Shown: positions 49,082-59,414 of the stretch, piece by piece | How the letters are laid out: each line of letters opens with the position of its first letter | Numbering within the stretch: position 1 is the stretch's first letter | Source of the DNA: Mobula hypostoma | Taxonomy: Eukaryota | Direction: 5' to 3' | Length of the DNA stretch: 64,000 bases | NCBI RefSeq assembly: GCF_963921235.1 | Contig: NC_086097.1 | Span: 6,696,001 to 6,760,000 of the forward strand | Notes under the pieces: model-generated | The model's database searches: none | What the model saw: the letters and a program-made list of their open reading frames with translations, nothing else | Told to the model about the DNA's origin: nothing | Position numbers and translations under genes: made by a program

Positions 49082-49117
49082 AGTCCTGACGAAGGGTCTC
49101 GGCCTGAAACATTGACT
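49082..49117 (+). ncRNA. Hammerhead ribozyme motif with CpG-decayed stem III
   Basis: AGUC-CUGACGA-AGG(GUCUCGG)CCU-GAAACAUU-GACU (CGTCG changed to CATTG). Confidence 0.65.
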
Positions 49118-50624
49118 GCGCCTCTTCCTATAGATGCTGCCTGGCCTGCTGCGTTCACCAGCAACTTTGATGTGTGTTGCTTGAATTTCCAGCATCTGCA
49201 GAATTCCTGTTGTTTTTGTTGATGACATTTAAATGGCAGCTTTGGTAGCTGTTGAGCCTTGGAGACAGATATTTATCAACTGGCAAAGACATTCTGAGAG
49301 TGTGGCGGTCGCCTCCTCTGGCAGAGGTTCTGCGCTGCCCGGGGCCATACTCAAGATCAGGAGCTGTGATCCCAGTGGAAGACCGGCCAACAAATGTGCG
49401 GCAAAATTACTCTCTCCAGCATAAGTGAGAGATCCCATACCACTGCCTTCAAGGACCTTTCTGGACTCACTTTCAAGGATTCTTCATGTCACGTTCTCAA
49501 TATTTATTGCTTATTTATTTATTTATTTTTAATTTGCACGGTTATTTGTCTTTTGCACATTGGTTGTTTGTTCTTTTTCTGTGTATGGTCTTTCATTGAT
49601 TCTATGTTATTTCTTTGTATTTACTGTGAATGCCTGCAAGAAAATGAATCTCAGGGCTCTATGTGGTGGCATATATGCACTTTGATAATAAATTTACTTT
49701 GAACCTTGAACTTTGAACTTTAAGGATCTCTTTGAATGATCCAAATGTGAACCTTGGCCTCCACAACCTTGAGTTTCCTTCTTCCCAGAACCTCTGGAAT
49801 TCCCTTCACAGAGCCGTTTCATCTTCTTGTTGGCCAGGACTGGTAGAAAAGCTGGACAGGATGAGTTGCTTTGGGAATGAACTCAATAATGCTCATATCA
49901 AGTAAGTATTTCATGGTACCTATGTGTCTATGTACTTGTTCATACAGTGTGTGCTGATTATTGAAAGGTCTAGACAGGATGGACGTAGTCAGAATATTCA
50001 ATGGCTCAATTTAATATCAGATAACATATAGACAGTATACAAACTGAAATTCCTACTCTCCGCGGACATAAACAAAAGAGAAAAAAATCCAAAGAATGAA
50101 TGACAGAAATTGCCAGAACCCAAAAGCCCCCGACCCCTCCCACACACAAGCAGCAGTAAAAGCATCAACCCTCCCCCTCCCCTCCACCTCTCCCCCCACA
50201 TGCTCCAGCAAAAGCATGAAGCCTCCACTACCCACCATGCCAACAATTGCAAAGTATCAAATAATGGAAGAGTCTAGGACCACAAACATATTCTCAGAAT
50301 AAAAGAATGTCCCTTTGGAACATATATAAGGTGGAATTACTTAGCCAGAGGGTGGTCAATGTGTGGAATTTATGTGTGGAATGCGTGGAGGCTAAACCAT
50401 TGGATACATTTAAGGACTTGAAGGGCCAAATGGCCTTATTCTGGTCCTATGTCTTGTGGACTTACAAGGAGCCCTTCAGTTGCTTCTTACAGACAATACT
50501 GATCATGACTTTATCCTTGATAAGCTCACCTCAGTTCTTGGCTCTTGGCTATTTAGTGCCTTGTTAGTTTGGGTAATAAATGATCTCGGAGAAGCTGAAG
50601 AACCTTCATGTGTCGTGGTTGACC

Positions 50625-52480
50625 GAATCAAGTTTATTATCACCAGCATGTGACGTGTGTAATGCTCAGGTCTATCAGCTCGTGTTTATCTAGGGGAAAC
50701 CCCGTCTGCTTGCCAAACCGTGTCTCACGGTTGCGTAGTTGCTGTGTAATGCCACCTGATACAAACTCACATTATCGAATATCAGACAGCACACAATGTA
50801 CGATTTACAGGTTACACTTTATAAATCTTACTGGAACTATGTAATTAATAGAGATACAATATAAAAGGGAAAGTAAAAGGTGCCAGACTTATCAGAGTTC
50901 AACCACTTCATGCACAACAGTTAGAGCTCAATTAACAAGGCCCTCTTTCCACCATGCCATCCCCTCCGACCCCCTCGACTCGCCGCTCGGGACCAACCAC
51001 GGTGGTCGACCAGAGCATGTCCAGCACATCCTTCCTCTCTGGGTCTCCTCCCAAAAGCCCTCTAAACCACACGGTTCCCAGCCATATGAGACGGAATATC
51101 ACCCACAAAAAGAATAACATGGACACTCACTGGTTCATTCTCTCTCTTACCAATAATATAACCCAAACAAACAGGGAGAGAGAGAACTCCTTACATCGCA
51201 GTTATTATTACAGAAAAGCCATTTTATTATAACATAACAAAGATGCCATTTTATTAGCCTTAGCAGTAACATAAAAGAAGAAACCCCTTACATGTGAAAT
51301 TTGTTACCTTAGCAACAGCAGTTCAATGCAATACATAATCTAGAAGAGGAAAAAAATAATAATAAATAAAATAATAATAAACAAGGAAATCAATTACAGT
51401 ATACGTATATTGAATAGATTTTTAAAAATGTGTAAAACAGAAATACTGTCTATTAAAAAAAGTGAGGTAGTGTCCAAGGATTCAATGTCCATTTAGGAAT
51501 CAGATGACAGAGGGAAAGAAGCTGTTCCTGAATTGCTGAGTGTGTGCCTTCAGTCTTCTGTACCTCCTACCTGATTGTAACAGTGAGAAAAGGGCATGCC
51601 CTGGGTGCTGGAGGTCCTTAATAATGGACGCTGCCTTTCTGAGATACTGCTCCCTGAAGATGTCCTGAGTACTTTGTAGGCTAATACCCAAGATGGAGTT
51701 GACTAGATTTACAACCTTCTGCAGCTTCTTTCAGTCCTAGGCAATAGCTCCTCGATACCAGAACAATGATGCAGCCTGTTAGAATGACCTCCATAGTACA
51801 ACTATAGAGGTTTTTGAGTGTATTTGTTGACATGCCAAATCTCTTCAAACTCCTAATGAAGTATAGCCACTGTCTTGCCTTCTTTATGACTACATCAATA
51901 TTTTGGGACCAGGTTAGATCCTCAGAGATCTTGACACACAGGAACTTGAAGCTGCTCACTGACTCCATTTCTGATCCCTCTATGGGGATTGCCATGTGTT
52001 CCTTTATCTTACCCTTCCTGAAGTTCACAATCAGCTCTTTTGTCTTACCGACATTGAGTGCCAGGTTGTTGCTGCAGCACCACTCCACTAGTTAGCATAT
52101 CTCACTCCTGTACGCCCTCTCGTCTCCACCTGAGATTCTACCAACAATGGTTGTATCGTCAGCAAATTTATAGATGGTATTTGAGCTGTGCCTAACCACA
52201 TGGTCATGGGTATAAAGAGAGTAGAGCAGTGGGCTAAGCACACACGCCTGAGGTTCACCAGTGTTCATCATCAGCGAGGAGGATATGTTATCACCAATCC
52301 GCACAGATTGTGATCTTCTGGTTGGGAAGTTGAGGATCCAATTGCAGAGGGAGGTACAGAGGTCCAGGTTCTGCAACTTCTCAATCAGGATTGTGGGAAT
52401 GATGGTATTAAATGCTGAGCTATAGTCGATGAACAGCATCCTGACAGAGGTGTTTGTGTTGTCCAGGTGGTCTAAGCACA
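50625..52480 (-). mobile_element. Rex1/Babar LINE (RT and 3' UTR), UTR interrupted by a solo LTR
   Basis: [65 protein letters not shown]. Confidence 0.9.
50658..51292. mobile_element. Solo LTR, 635 bp
   Basis: TGTAA...TTACA ends; 4-bp TSD CGTG/TGTG; removing it restores the recurrent LINE-tail motif ..gtgaaatttgtt. Confidence 0.85.
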
Positions 52481-53544
52481 CTTGGCTTCCTGTGCTCTTT
52501 CACTCACCATCTGTTCTTTAGATTTAGGTTTTCTACAGGGCATCAGCCTTCATGTTACCACGGCGGCTCCTTTATCTCTTGAAACACAATAGAGTTTCAA
52601 TCTTTGAAGTTAATTAGCTCTTGGATCTTCTGGTTAAACTAGTCCTGATAGTGAAACCAATAATCTCTTTACAGCTGCCAATTAAATTGGACTTCAATGT
52701 GACTGCACTCTAAAGACACCTGGCTGCTTCCATTGACAGGGAGTTGACAGACTGTCAATAAGGTGTTATCTGAAAATAACTACCTTTGTAGTTCAATTTC
52801 AAGATCAAGTTCAAGTTTATTGACAACTGACAGTACGTATATACAGCCAAACAAAACAATGTTTCTCCAGATGACAGTGCTCCCACAATACATCTATCAC
52901 ACACAACACATAAACTAAGATATTACCGTAAATGACCAAATAAAATATCTTTCAAAGTGCATGTGAAGTGCACAGTGCAGGTAAACTGGAAACAGCATCC
53001 CAGGGCGAGTACTCAGGATGTGCTTGGCATAGCTGGGAGGTGTGTTTACAGACAGTTTTAATCCTCCCTCTCCCTGTGTAGAGGTCCCTCCTGCTTCAAA
53101 ACATCCACCATTGTCCCTGCACCTAAATAGACCAAGGTAATGACTGGCATCCTGTTGCAGTCACCTCAATAATAAACAAACGCTTTGAGAGGCTGATCAA
53201 AGACTAAATCTGCAGAATGCTACAACCCACCCAGGACCCTCTATGATTCGCCTACTAACACAACCGATTGACAGACAACACAAGAGCCACTGCTCTACAC
53301 ACCATCCTTACACATCTGGATAAGAGAGATGCTTCTGTGAGAATGCTGTTCTTGGACTACAGTTCAGCATTCAACACCATAATTCCCTCCAGGCTTGACA
53401 AGAAGCTCAGAGACCTTGGCCTTCACCTTGCCTTGTGTAGCTGGATCCTGGACTTCAGGATCCAGATCACCGGCAGGTGGTAAGAGTGGGCTCCCTCACC
53501 TCCAACCCCTATAACTCTCAATAAAGGAGCTCCTCAGGGCTGCA

Positions 53545-53767
53545 ACAACAGGAATTCTGCAAATGCTGGAAATTCAAGCAACACACATCAAAGTTGCTGG
53601 TGAACGCAGCAGGCCAGGCAGCATCTGTAGGAAGAGGTGCAGTCGACGTTTCAGGCTGAGACCCTTCGTCAGGACTTGATGAAGGGTCTCGGCCTGAAAC
53701 GTCGACTGCACCTCTTCCTACAGATGCTGCCTGGCCTGCTGCGTTCACCAGCAACTTTGATGTGTAT
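53545..53767. mobile_element. Head-to-head Penelope terminal-repeat dimer with hammerhead motifs on both strands; 14-bp TSD
   Basis: Arms 53583-53671 and 53677-53765 are reverse complements (2 mismatches seen in 89 bp) with spacer GGACT; TSD TCCTCAGGGCTGCA at 53531-53544 and 53768-53781. Confidence 0.92.
53641..53676 (-). ncRNA. Minimal type-I hammerhead ribozyme (intact core)
   Basis: Minus strand AGUC-CUGACGA-AGG(GUCUCAG)CCU-GAAACGUC-GACU. Confidence 0.8.
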
Positions 53768-55104
53768 TCCTCAGGGCTGCATACTGAGTTCCCTCCTTTA
53801 CTCCTTGTATACCCATGATTGTGTCACCACCCACAGCTCCAATCTGCTAATTAGATTTGCTGATGACACTACACTGATTGCCCTCATCTCAAATAATAAT
53901 GAGGCAGCCTACGGAGAGGAAGTCATCACCCTGACACGGTGGTGTCAAGAAAACAACCTCTCCCTCAACGTCGCAAAAACAAAGGAACTGATTGTGGATT
54001 ACAGGAGGAATGGAGACCAGTTTATCCCTATATACTTTATACTTTATTGTCGCCAAACAATTGATACTAGAATGTACAATTATCACAGCAATATTTGATT
54101 CTGCGCTTCCCGCTCCCTGGATTACAAATATTAAATAGTAAAATATTAATATTTATAAAATATTAATATTAATATACATCAATGGACCTGGGGTTGAGAG
54201 GGTGAACAGCTTCAATTTCCTCAGCATAAACATCAGCGAGGATTGCCTGTGGTCTGTACATACTGGCTGCGTAGTGAAAAAGGCACAATAGCGCCTCTTT
54301 CACCTCAGATGGTTAAAGAAGTTAGGTATGGCCCCCCAAATTCTAAGAACTTTCTATAGGGGCACGATTGAAAGCATCTTGTCTGGCTGCATCAGTGCCT
54401 GGTATGGGAACTGTATTTCCCTCAATCGCAGGACTCCGCAGAGAGTGGTGCAGACAGTCCAGCACAGATGTAGATTCTGTTCAGGACATTTACAGAGACA
54501 GGTGTGTAAAGTGGGCCCCTAAGGATCACTGGGGACCCAAGTCACCCCAGCCACAAACTGTTCCAGCTGCTACCATCCGGGAAATAATTCCGCAGCATAA
54601 AAGCCAGGACCAACAGACTCCAGGACAGCTTTTTCCACCAGGCCATCAGACTGATTAATTCATACTGACGCAACTGTATTTCTATGTTGTATCCTGTTGT
54701 ACATTATTAATTACTACAGTATAATTGCACATTGCACATTTGAATGGAGACATAATGTAAAGATTTTTACTGCTCATGTATATGAAGGATGTGAGTAATA
54801 ATAAAGTCAATAAAGTCTATAAAGTCAGTAAACAGCTTGCCGTTCTAGTGTTGAGACCTCGATGGTGACAGGGTATCCATTAGTCTCACAGTCTGAGGGA
54901 AGAAACTGTTACCCAGTCTGGCAATCCTGGTCTGGATGCTCCTGGACCTCATGCCAGACAGGCAGGCTTATTCCTAATGCTCCTATACTTCCTTCCTGAT
55001 GGTAGTGTGTCAAAGAGATTGTGGGGTAGGTGGTAGGGCCCCTGGAGAGTCCTTAAGAGCTTCAGCAGTGTTATTATTCCTATAACTTTTCTCTTCACTC
55101 AATC

Positions 55105-56022
55105 CTGGAACACCTGAAGACCAAACATAAATACATCAAGATGTTCCTTGTCAACTACAGCTCAGCATTCAATACTAACATCCCCTCAAAACTAATCAAT
55201 AAGCTCCAAGACCTAATACCACTGTGAAACAGGATCCTCAATTTCCTTTTACAGACCCCAGTCAGTTCATCTCCTCCAAAATCACATCAGCACAGGTGCA
55301 ACACAAGATTTGTGCTTAGCCTCCTAAGGCTCGTTTTCACTTATGACTGTGAGCCTAAGTACATCTCTACTGCCATATTCCAGTTTACCGATTGTTATAG
55401 GCTGAATCAAAGGTGGTGATGAATCACCATACAGGAGGGCGACTGAGAGTCTGGTGGAATGGGGCCATAGCAACAACCTGTCACTCAATGTCAACAAAAC
55501 CAAAGAGAATGCAGGAGGAGGAAACCAAAAGTCCATGAGCCAGTCCTGGACAGGGGATCAGAGGTGGAGAGAGTCTGCAACTTTAAATTGCTCAGTGTTA
55601 TCATTTCACAGGGTCTATCCTGGATCCAGCACGTAAGGAGACACCAATGCCCTTGAACAGAAAAACCTTCAAAAAGTAGTAGATGCAGCCCAGTCCAACA
55701 CGGATAAAGCCCTTCCCAGTACTGAGCACCAGCAGGGAAAACTTTCCTCACCCCATCACTAAACTGATTCCACAATCTATCACTTTTAAGGACTCTGGAA
55801 TTTGTGTTCTCAATAGTTATTGCTTTTTTTTTGCATTTCCACTGTCGTTGTCTAATGCACATTGACCATTTGTCAGTCTCTATTGTCTGCGGCTTTTCAT
55901 TAGTTCTGTTACATTTCCTAGTATTTACTGCAAATGCGGACAAGAAAATGAATGTCAGAGTTTTATATGATGATATATATGTTTGTATTTTGATAATAAT
56001 TAACTTTGGACTTTTGAACTTT
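55105..56022 (+). mobile_element. Deleted, degenerate Rex1/Babar LINE
   Basis: MFLVNYSSAFNT codons, EWGHSNNLSLNVNKTKE, T-rich UTR ending in tttgaacttt. Confidence 0.75.
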
Positions 56023-56049
56023 GCCATGTTGCTCAATGCCTACTCGGTC

Positions 56050-56232
56050 ACTCACCTGGCTTCTTCAACCGCCTTCTTGCTTGTACTTCTCTGACTGCAT
56101 CTTCTTATTCTGACATCTTCCCCTTTCCATTCCAGACCTGATGAAGGGTCTCGACCCAAAACATCAACTGTTTATTCATCTCCATAGATACTGCCTGATC
56201 GGCTGATTTCCTCCAGCACTTTGTGTGTGTTC
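56050..56232 (+). mobile_element. Old Penelope terminal-repeat fragment with decayed hammerhead
   Basis: cctgatgaagggtctcgacccaaaacatcaactg..atagatactgcctga..ccagcactttgtgtgt. Confidence 0.75.
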
Positions 56233-57499
56233 AAAGTACATTTATTATCAAAGTACGTATGCAGTGTACAACCCGGAAATTCATCTTCCCACAGACAGTC
56301 ACCAAACAAAGAAACACCATGGAAATCCTTCAAAGAAAACATCAAACACCCAATGCGCATAAAGAAGAACAAATCACACAAACAGCAAAAATCATGAGTG
56401 AAACAGAATATAAGACAACAAACATTAAGCCAGTCTAGGAATATTCAGTTTAGTTCAGTTCAGTTCAAACAAAAGTCTAATTTAATGCAACATCAAAAAT
56501 AAATTTTTTAAAAACAAGATGGTGTAGGTTTAATGTGAGAGAACGTGATTTTAGAGATTTTTTGGGGGGTAAGTTATATTACAGAGAAAATCCTTGAACT
56601 CACTGCCAGATGGTTAAACACAGATAATTAAGTATCTGTAAGTATAAGTATCCATCAGTAGGCGTAGACCAAAAGTTATGGATCTCATGATGGAAAAGGA
56701 GATTAATGGGGGTGAACAAAAAGGTTGACATAGATGAGGTAGGTCAGAGTGCCCACTTTTATGCTGTACAATGCTCTGACTCTATGATGTTATATTAATT
56801 TCTGTAAACTGAATTTATCCAGTCATACTGTTCCAGCACCGTAATGGTTTCCACCTAGCATTGTGGAAAATTAGCCAGTACAAATCCAATCTGATCAGTT
56901 ATTGCTCCATCAGTCTATTCTCAATTACCTGCAGGCAGAGAAGGTGTCATCAAAAGCTCTGTCAAGTGACCCTTATTCACTGATAACCTGTTCATCAATG
57001 CTCATTTTGAATTTTGCCAGGAGTATTTAGCCTTAGAACTCATTAAATCCTTAATTCCTAAATCAGAACCAGAATCAGAATTTGGTATAATATCACTGGC
57101 ATATGTCGTGAAATTTGTTGTTATGTGGCAGCAGCACATTGCAATGCATAAAATATGCCATAAATTGCAGTAAGAAATACATACTGTGCAGAATTAAATA
57201 GTCGTGCAAAGAGAGAGGAGAAAAATAGTGAGGTAGATTTTGTGGGTTCATTGTCCATTCAGAAGCTCTTCCTGAAATGTTGAGTGTGTGTCCTCAGGGT
57301 CCTGCACCTCAGAGGCGTACTTGTGATTAACAAACTATGACATCCTCTCTTTGTAAAGCAGGCGTGGTGCTGAACATCTCCTGGGCCAATTGAGACCAAA
57401 GAGCAAAGCATCCACTCTACCTGCTGTCAACAACATTTGGTGCAGTGTGTGTGAACAATTTTAAATAATGTGAGCGTGTCAACCCTTGAAAGTTCAACA

Positions 57500-59356
57500 A
57501 ATCTGTAAAAGCTTTTATAGATATGTAAAAAGGAAAAGACTGGTAAAGACAAATGTAGGTCCCCTGCAGAGAGAAACAGGTGAATTGATTATGGGGAGCA
57601 AGGACATGGCAGACCAATTGAATAATTACTTTGGTTCTGTCTTCACTAAGGAGGACATAAATAATCTTCCAGAAATAGTAAGGGACAGAGGGTCCAGTGA
57701 GATGGAGGAACTGAGCGAAATACATGTTAGTAGGGAAGTGGTGTTGGGTAAATTGAAGGGATTGAAGGCAGATAAATCCCCAGGGCCAGATGGTCTGCAC
57801 CCTAGAGTGCTTAAAGAAGTAGCCCAAGAAATAGTGGATGCATAAGTGATAATTTTTCAAAACTCTTTAGATTCTGGACTAGTTCCTGAGGATTGGAGGG
57901 TGGCTAATGTAATCCCACTTTTTAAAAGAGGAGGGAGAGAGAAACCGGGGAATTATAGACCGGTTAGCCTAACGTCGGTGGTGGGGAAACTGCTGGAGTC
58001 AGTTATCAAGGATGTGATAACAGCACATTTGGAAAGCGGTGAAATGATCGGACAAAGTCAGCATGGATTTGTGAAAGGAAAATCATATCTGACGAATCTC
58101 ATAGAATTTTTTGAGGATGTAACTAGTAGAGTGGGTAGGGGAGAACCAGTGGATGTGGTATATTTGGATTTTCAAAAGGCTTTTGACAAGGTCCCACACA
58201 GGAGATTAGTGTACAAACTTAAAGCACACGGTATTGGGGGTAAGGTATTGGTGTGGGTGGAGAATTGGTTAGCAAACAGGAAGCAAAGAGTGGGAATAAA
58301 CGGGACCTTTTCAGAATGGCAGGCGGTGACTAGTGGGGTACCGCAAGGCTCAGTGCTGGGACCCCAGTTGTTTACAATATATATTAATGACTTGGATGAG
58401 GGAATTAAATGCAGCATCTCCAAGTTTGCGGATGACACGAAGCTGGGTGGCAGTGTTAGCAGTGAGGAGGATGCTAAGAGGATGCAGGGTGACTTGGATA
58501 GGTTGGGTGAGTGGGCAAATTCATGGCAGATGCAATTTAATGTGGATAAATGTGAAGTTATCCACTTTGGTGGCAAAAATAGGAAAACAGATTATTATCT
58601 GAATGGTGGCCGATTAGGAAAAGGGGAGGTGCAACGAGACCTGGGTGTCATTATACACCAGTCATTGAAAGTGGGCATGCAGGTACAGCAGGCGGTGAAA
58701 AAGGCGAATGGTATGCTGGCATTTATAGCGAGAGGATTCGAGTACAGGAGCAGGGAGGTACTACTGCAGTTGTACAAGGCATTGGTGAGCCCACAGCTGG
58801 AGTGTTGTGTGCAGTTTTGGTCCCCTAATCTGAGGAAAGACATCTTTGCCATAGAGGGAGTACAAAGAAGGTTCACCAGATTGATTCCTGGGATGGCAGG
58901 ACTTTCATATGAAGAAAGACTGGATGAACTGGGCTTGTACTCGTTGGAATTTAGAAGATTGAGGGGGGATCTGATTGAAACGTATAAGATCCTAAAGGGA
59001 TTGGACAGGCTAGATGCAGGAAGATTGTTCCCGATGTTGGGGAAGTCCAAAACGAGGGGTCACAGTTTGAGGATAGAGGGGAAGCCTTTTGGGACCGAGA
59101 TTAGGAAAAACTTCTTCACACAGAGAGTGGTGAATCTGTGAAATTCTCTGCCACAGGAAACTGTTGAGGCCAGTTCATTGGCTATATTTAAGAGGGAGTT
59201 AGATATGGCCCTTGTGGCTACGGGGGTCAGGGGGTATGGAGGGAAGGCTGGGGCGGGGTTCTGAGTTGGATGATCAGCCATGATCATAATAAATGGCGGT
59301 GCAGGCTCGAAGGGCCGATTGGCCTACTCCTGCACCTATTTTCTATGTTTCTATGT
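57500..59356 (+). mobile_element. Young 5'-truncated CR1 LINE
   Basis: One frame over ~1.75 kb with only two point stops; (ttctatgt)n tail. Confidence 0.95.
57846..59141 (+). CDS. CR1 ORF2 reverse transcriptase domain (fragment between two nonsense codons)
   Basis: NYRPVSLTSVVGK, QHGF, DFQKAFDKVPH, GVPQGSVLGP, KFADDTKLGG, WQMQFNVDKC, RDLGV; in frame with 57486-57845 (KSPGPDG). Confidence 0.9.
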   Translation: MIIFQNSLDSGLVPEDWRVANVIPLFKRGGREKPGNYRPVSLTSVVGKLLESVIKDVITAHLESGEMIGQSQHGFVKGKSYLTNLIEFFEDVTSRVGRGEPVDVVYLDFQKAFDKVPHRRLVYKLKAHGIGGKVLVWVENWLANRKQRVGINGTFSEWQAVTSGVPQGSVLGPQLFTIYINDLDEGIKCSISKFADDTKLGGSVSSEEDAKRMQGDLDRLGEWANSWQMQFNVDKCEVIHFGGKNRKTDYYLNGGRLGKGEVQRDLGVIIHQSLKVGMQVQQAVKKANGMLAFIARGFEYRSREVLLQLYKALVSPQLECCVQFWSPNLRKDIFAIEGVQRRFTRLIPGMAGLSYEERLDELGLYSLEFRRLRGDLIETYKILKGLDRLDAGRLFPMLGKSKTRGHSLRIEGKPFGTEIRKNFFTQRVVNL

Positions 59357-59414
59357 TTAATAATCAAGGAGAATGCATTCTAATTTTAAAGATTTCCCTC
59401 TTTAAGCATGCTTT

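Larger units (their letters stand above)
47577..49221 (+). mobile_element. Young 5'-truncated Penelope-like element (Neptune-type linker); 14-bp TSD
   Basis: RT GVAMGTHMGPSYA, YIDDCIG, FLDL, VYYKPTD; Cys linker CKRNKCYTC; GIY-YIG GVIY..YIGET; TSD ATGACATTTAAATG at 47563-47576 and 49222-49235. Confidence 0.95.
52995..54830 (+). mobile_element. Degenerate Rex1/Babar LINE with two nested insertions
   Basis: [59 protein letters not shown]; inserts at 53545-53767 and about 54030-54175. Confidence 0.88.

Noticed and set aside
58172..59287. Antisense ORFs (134, 151 and 75 aa) as separate genes
   Set aside because: Shadow frames of the CR1 RT; the same applies to the antisense ORFs over the PLE and Rex1 copies.
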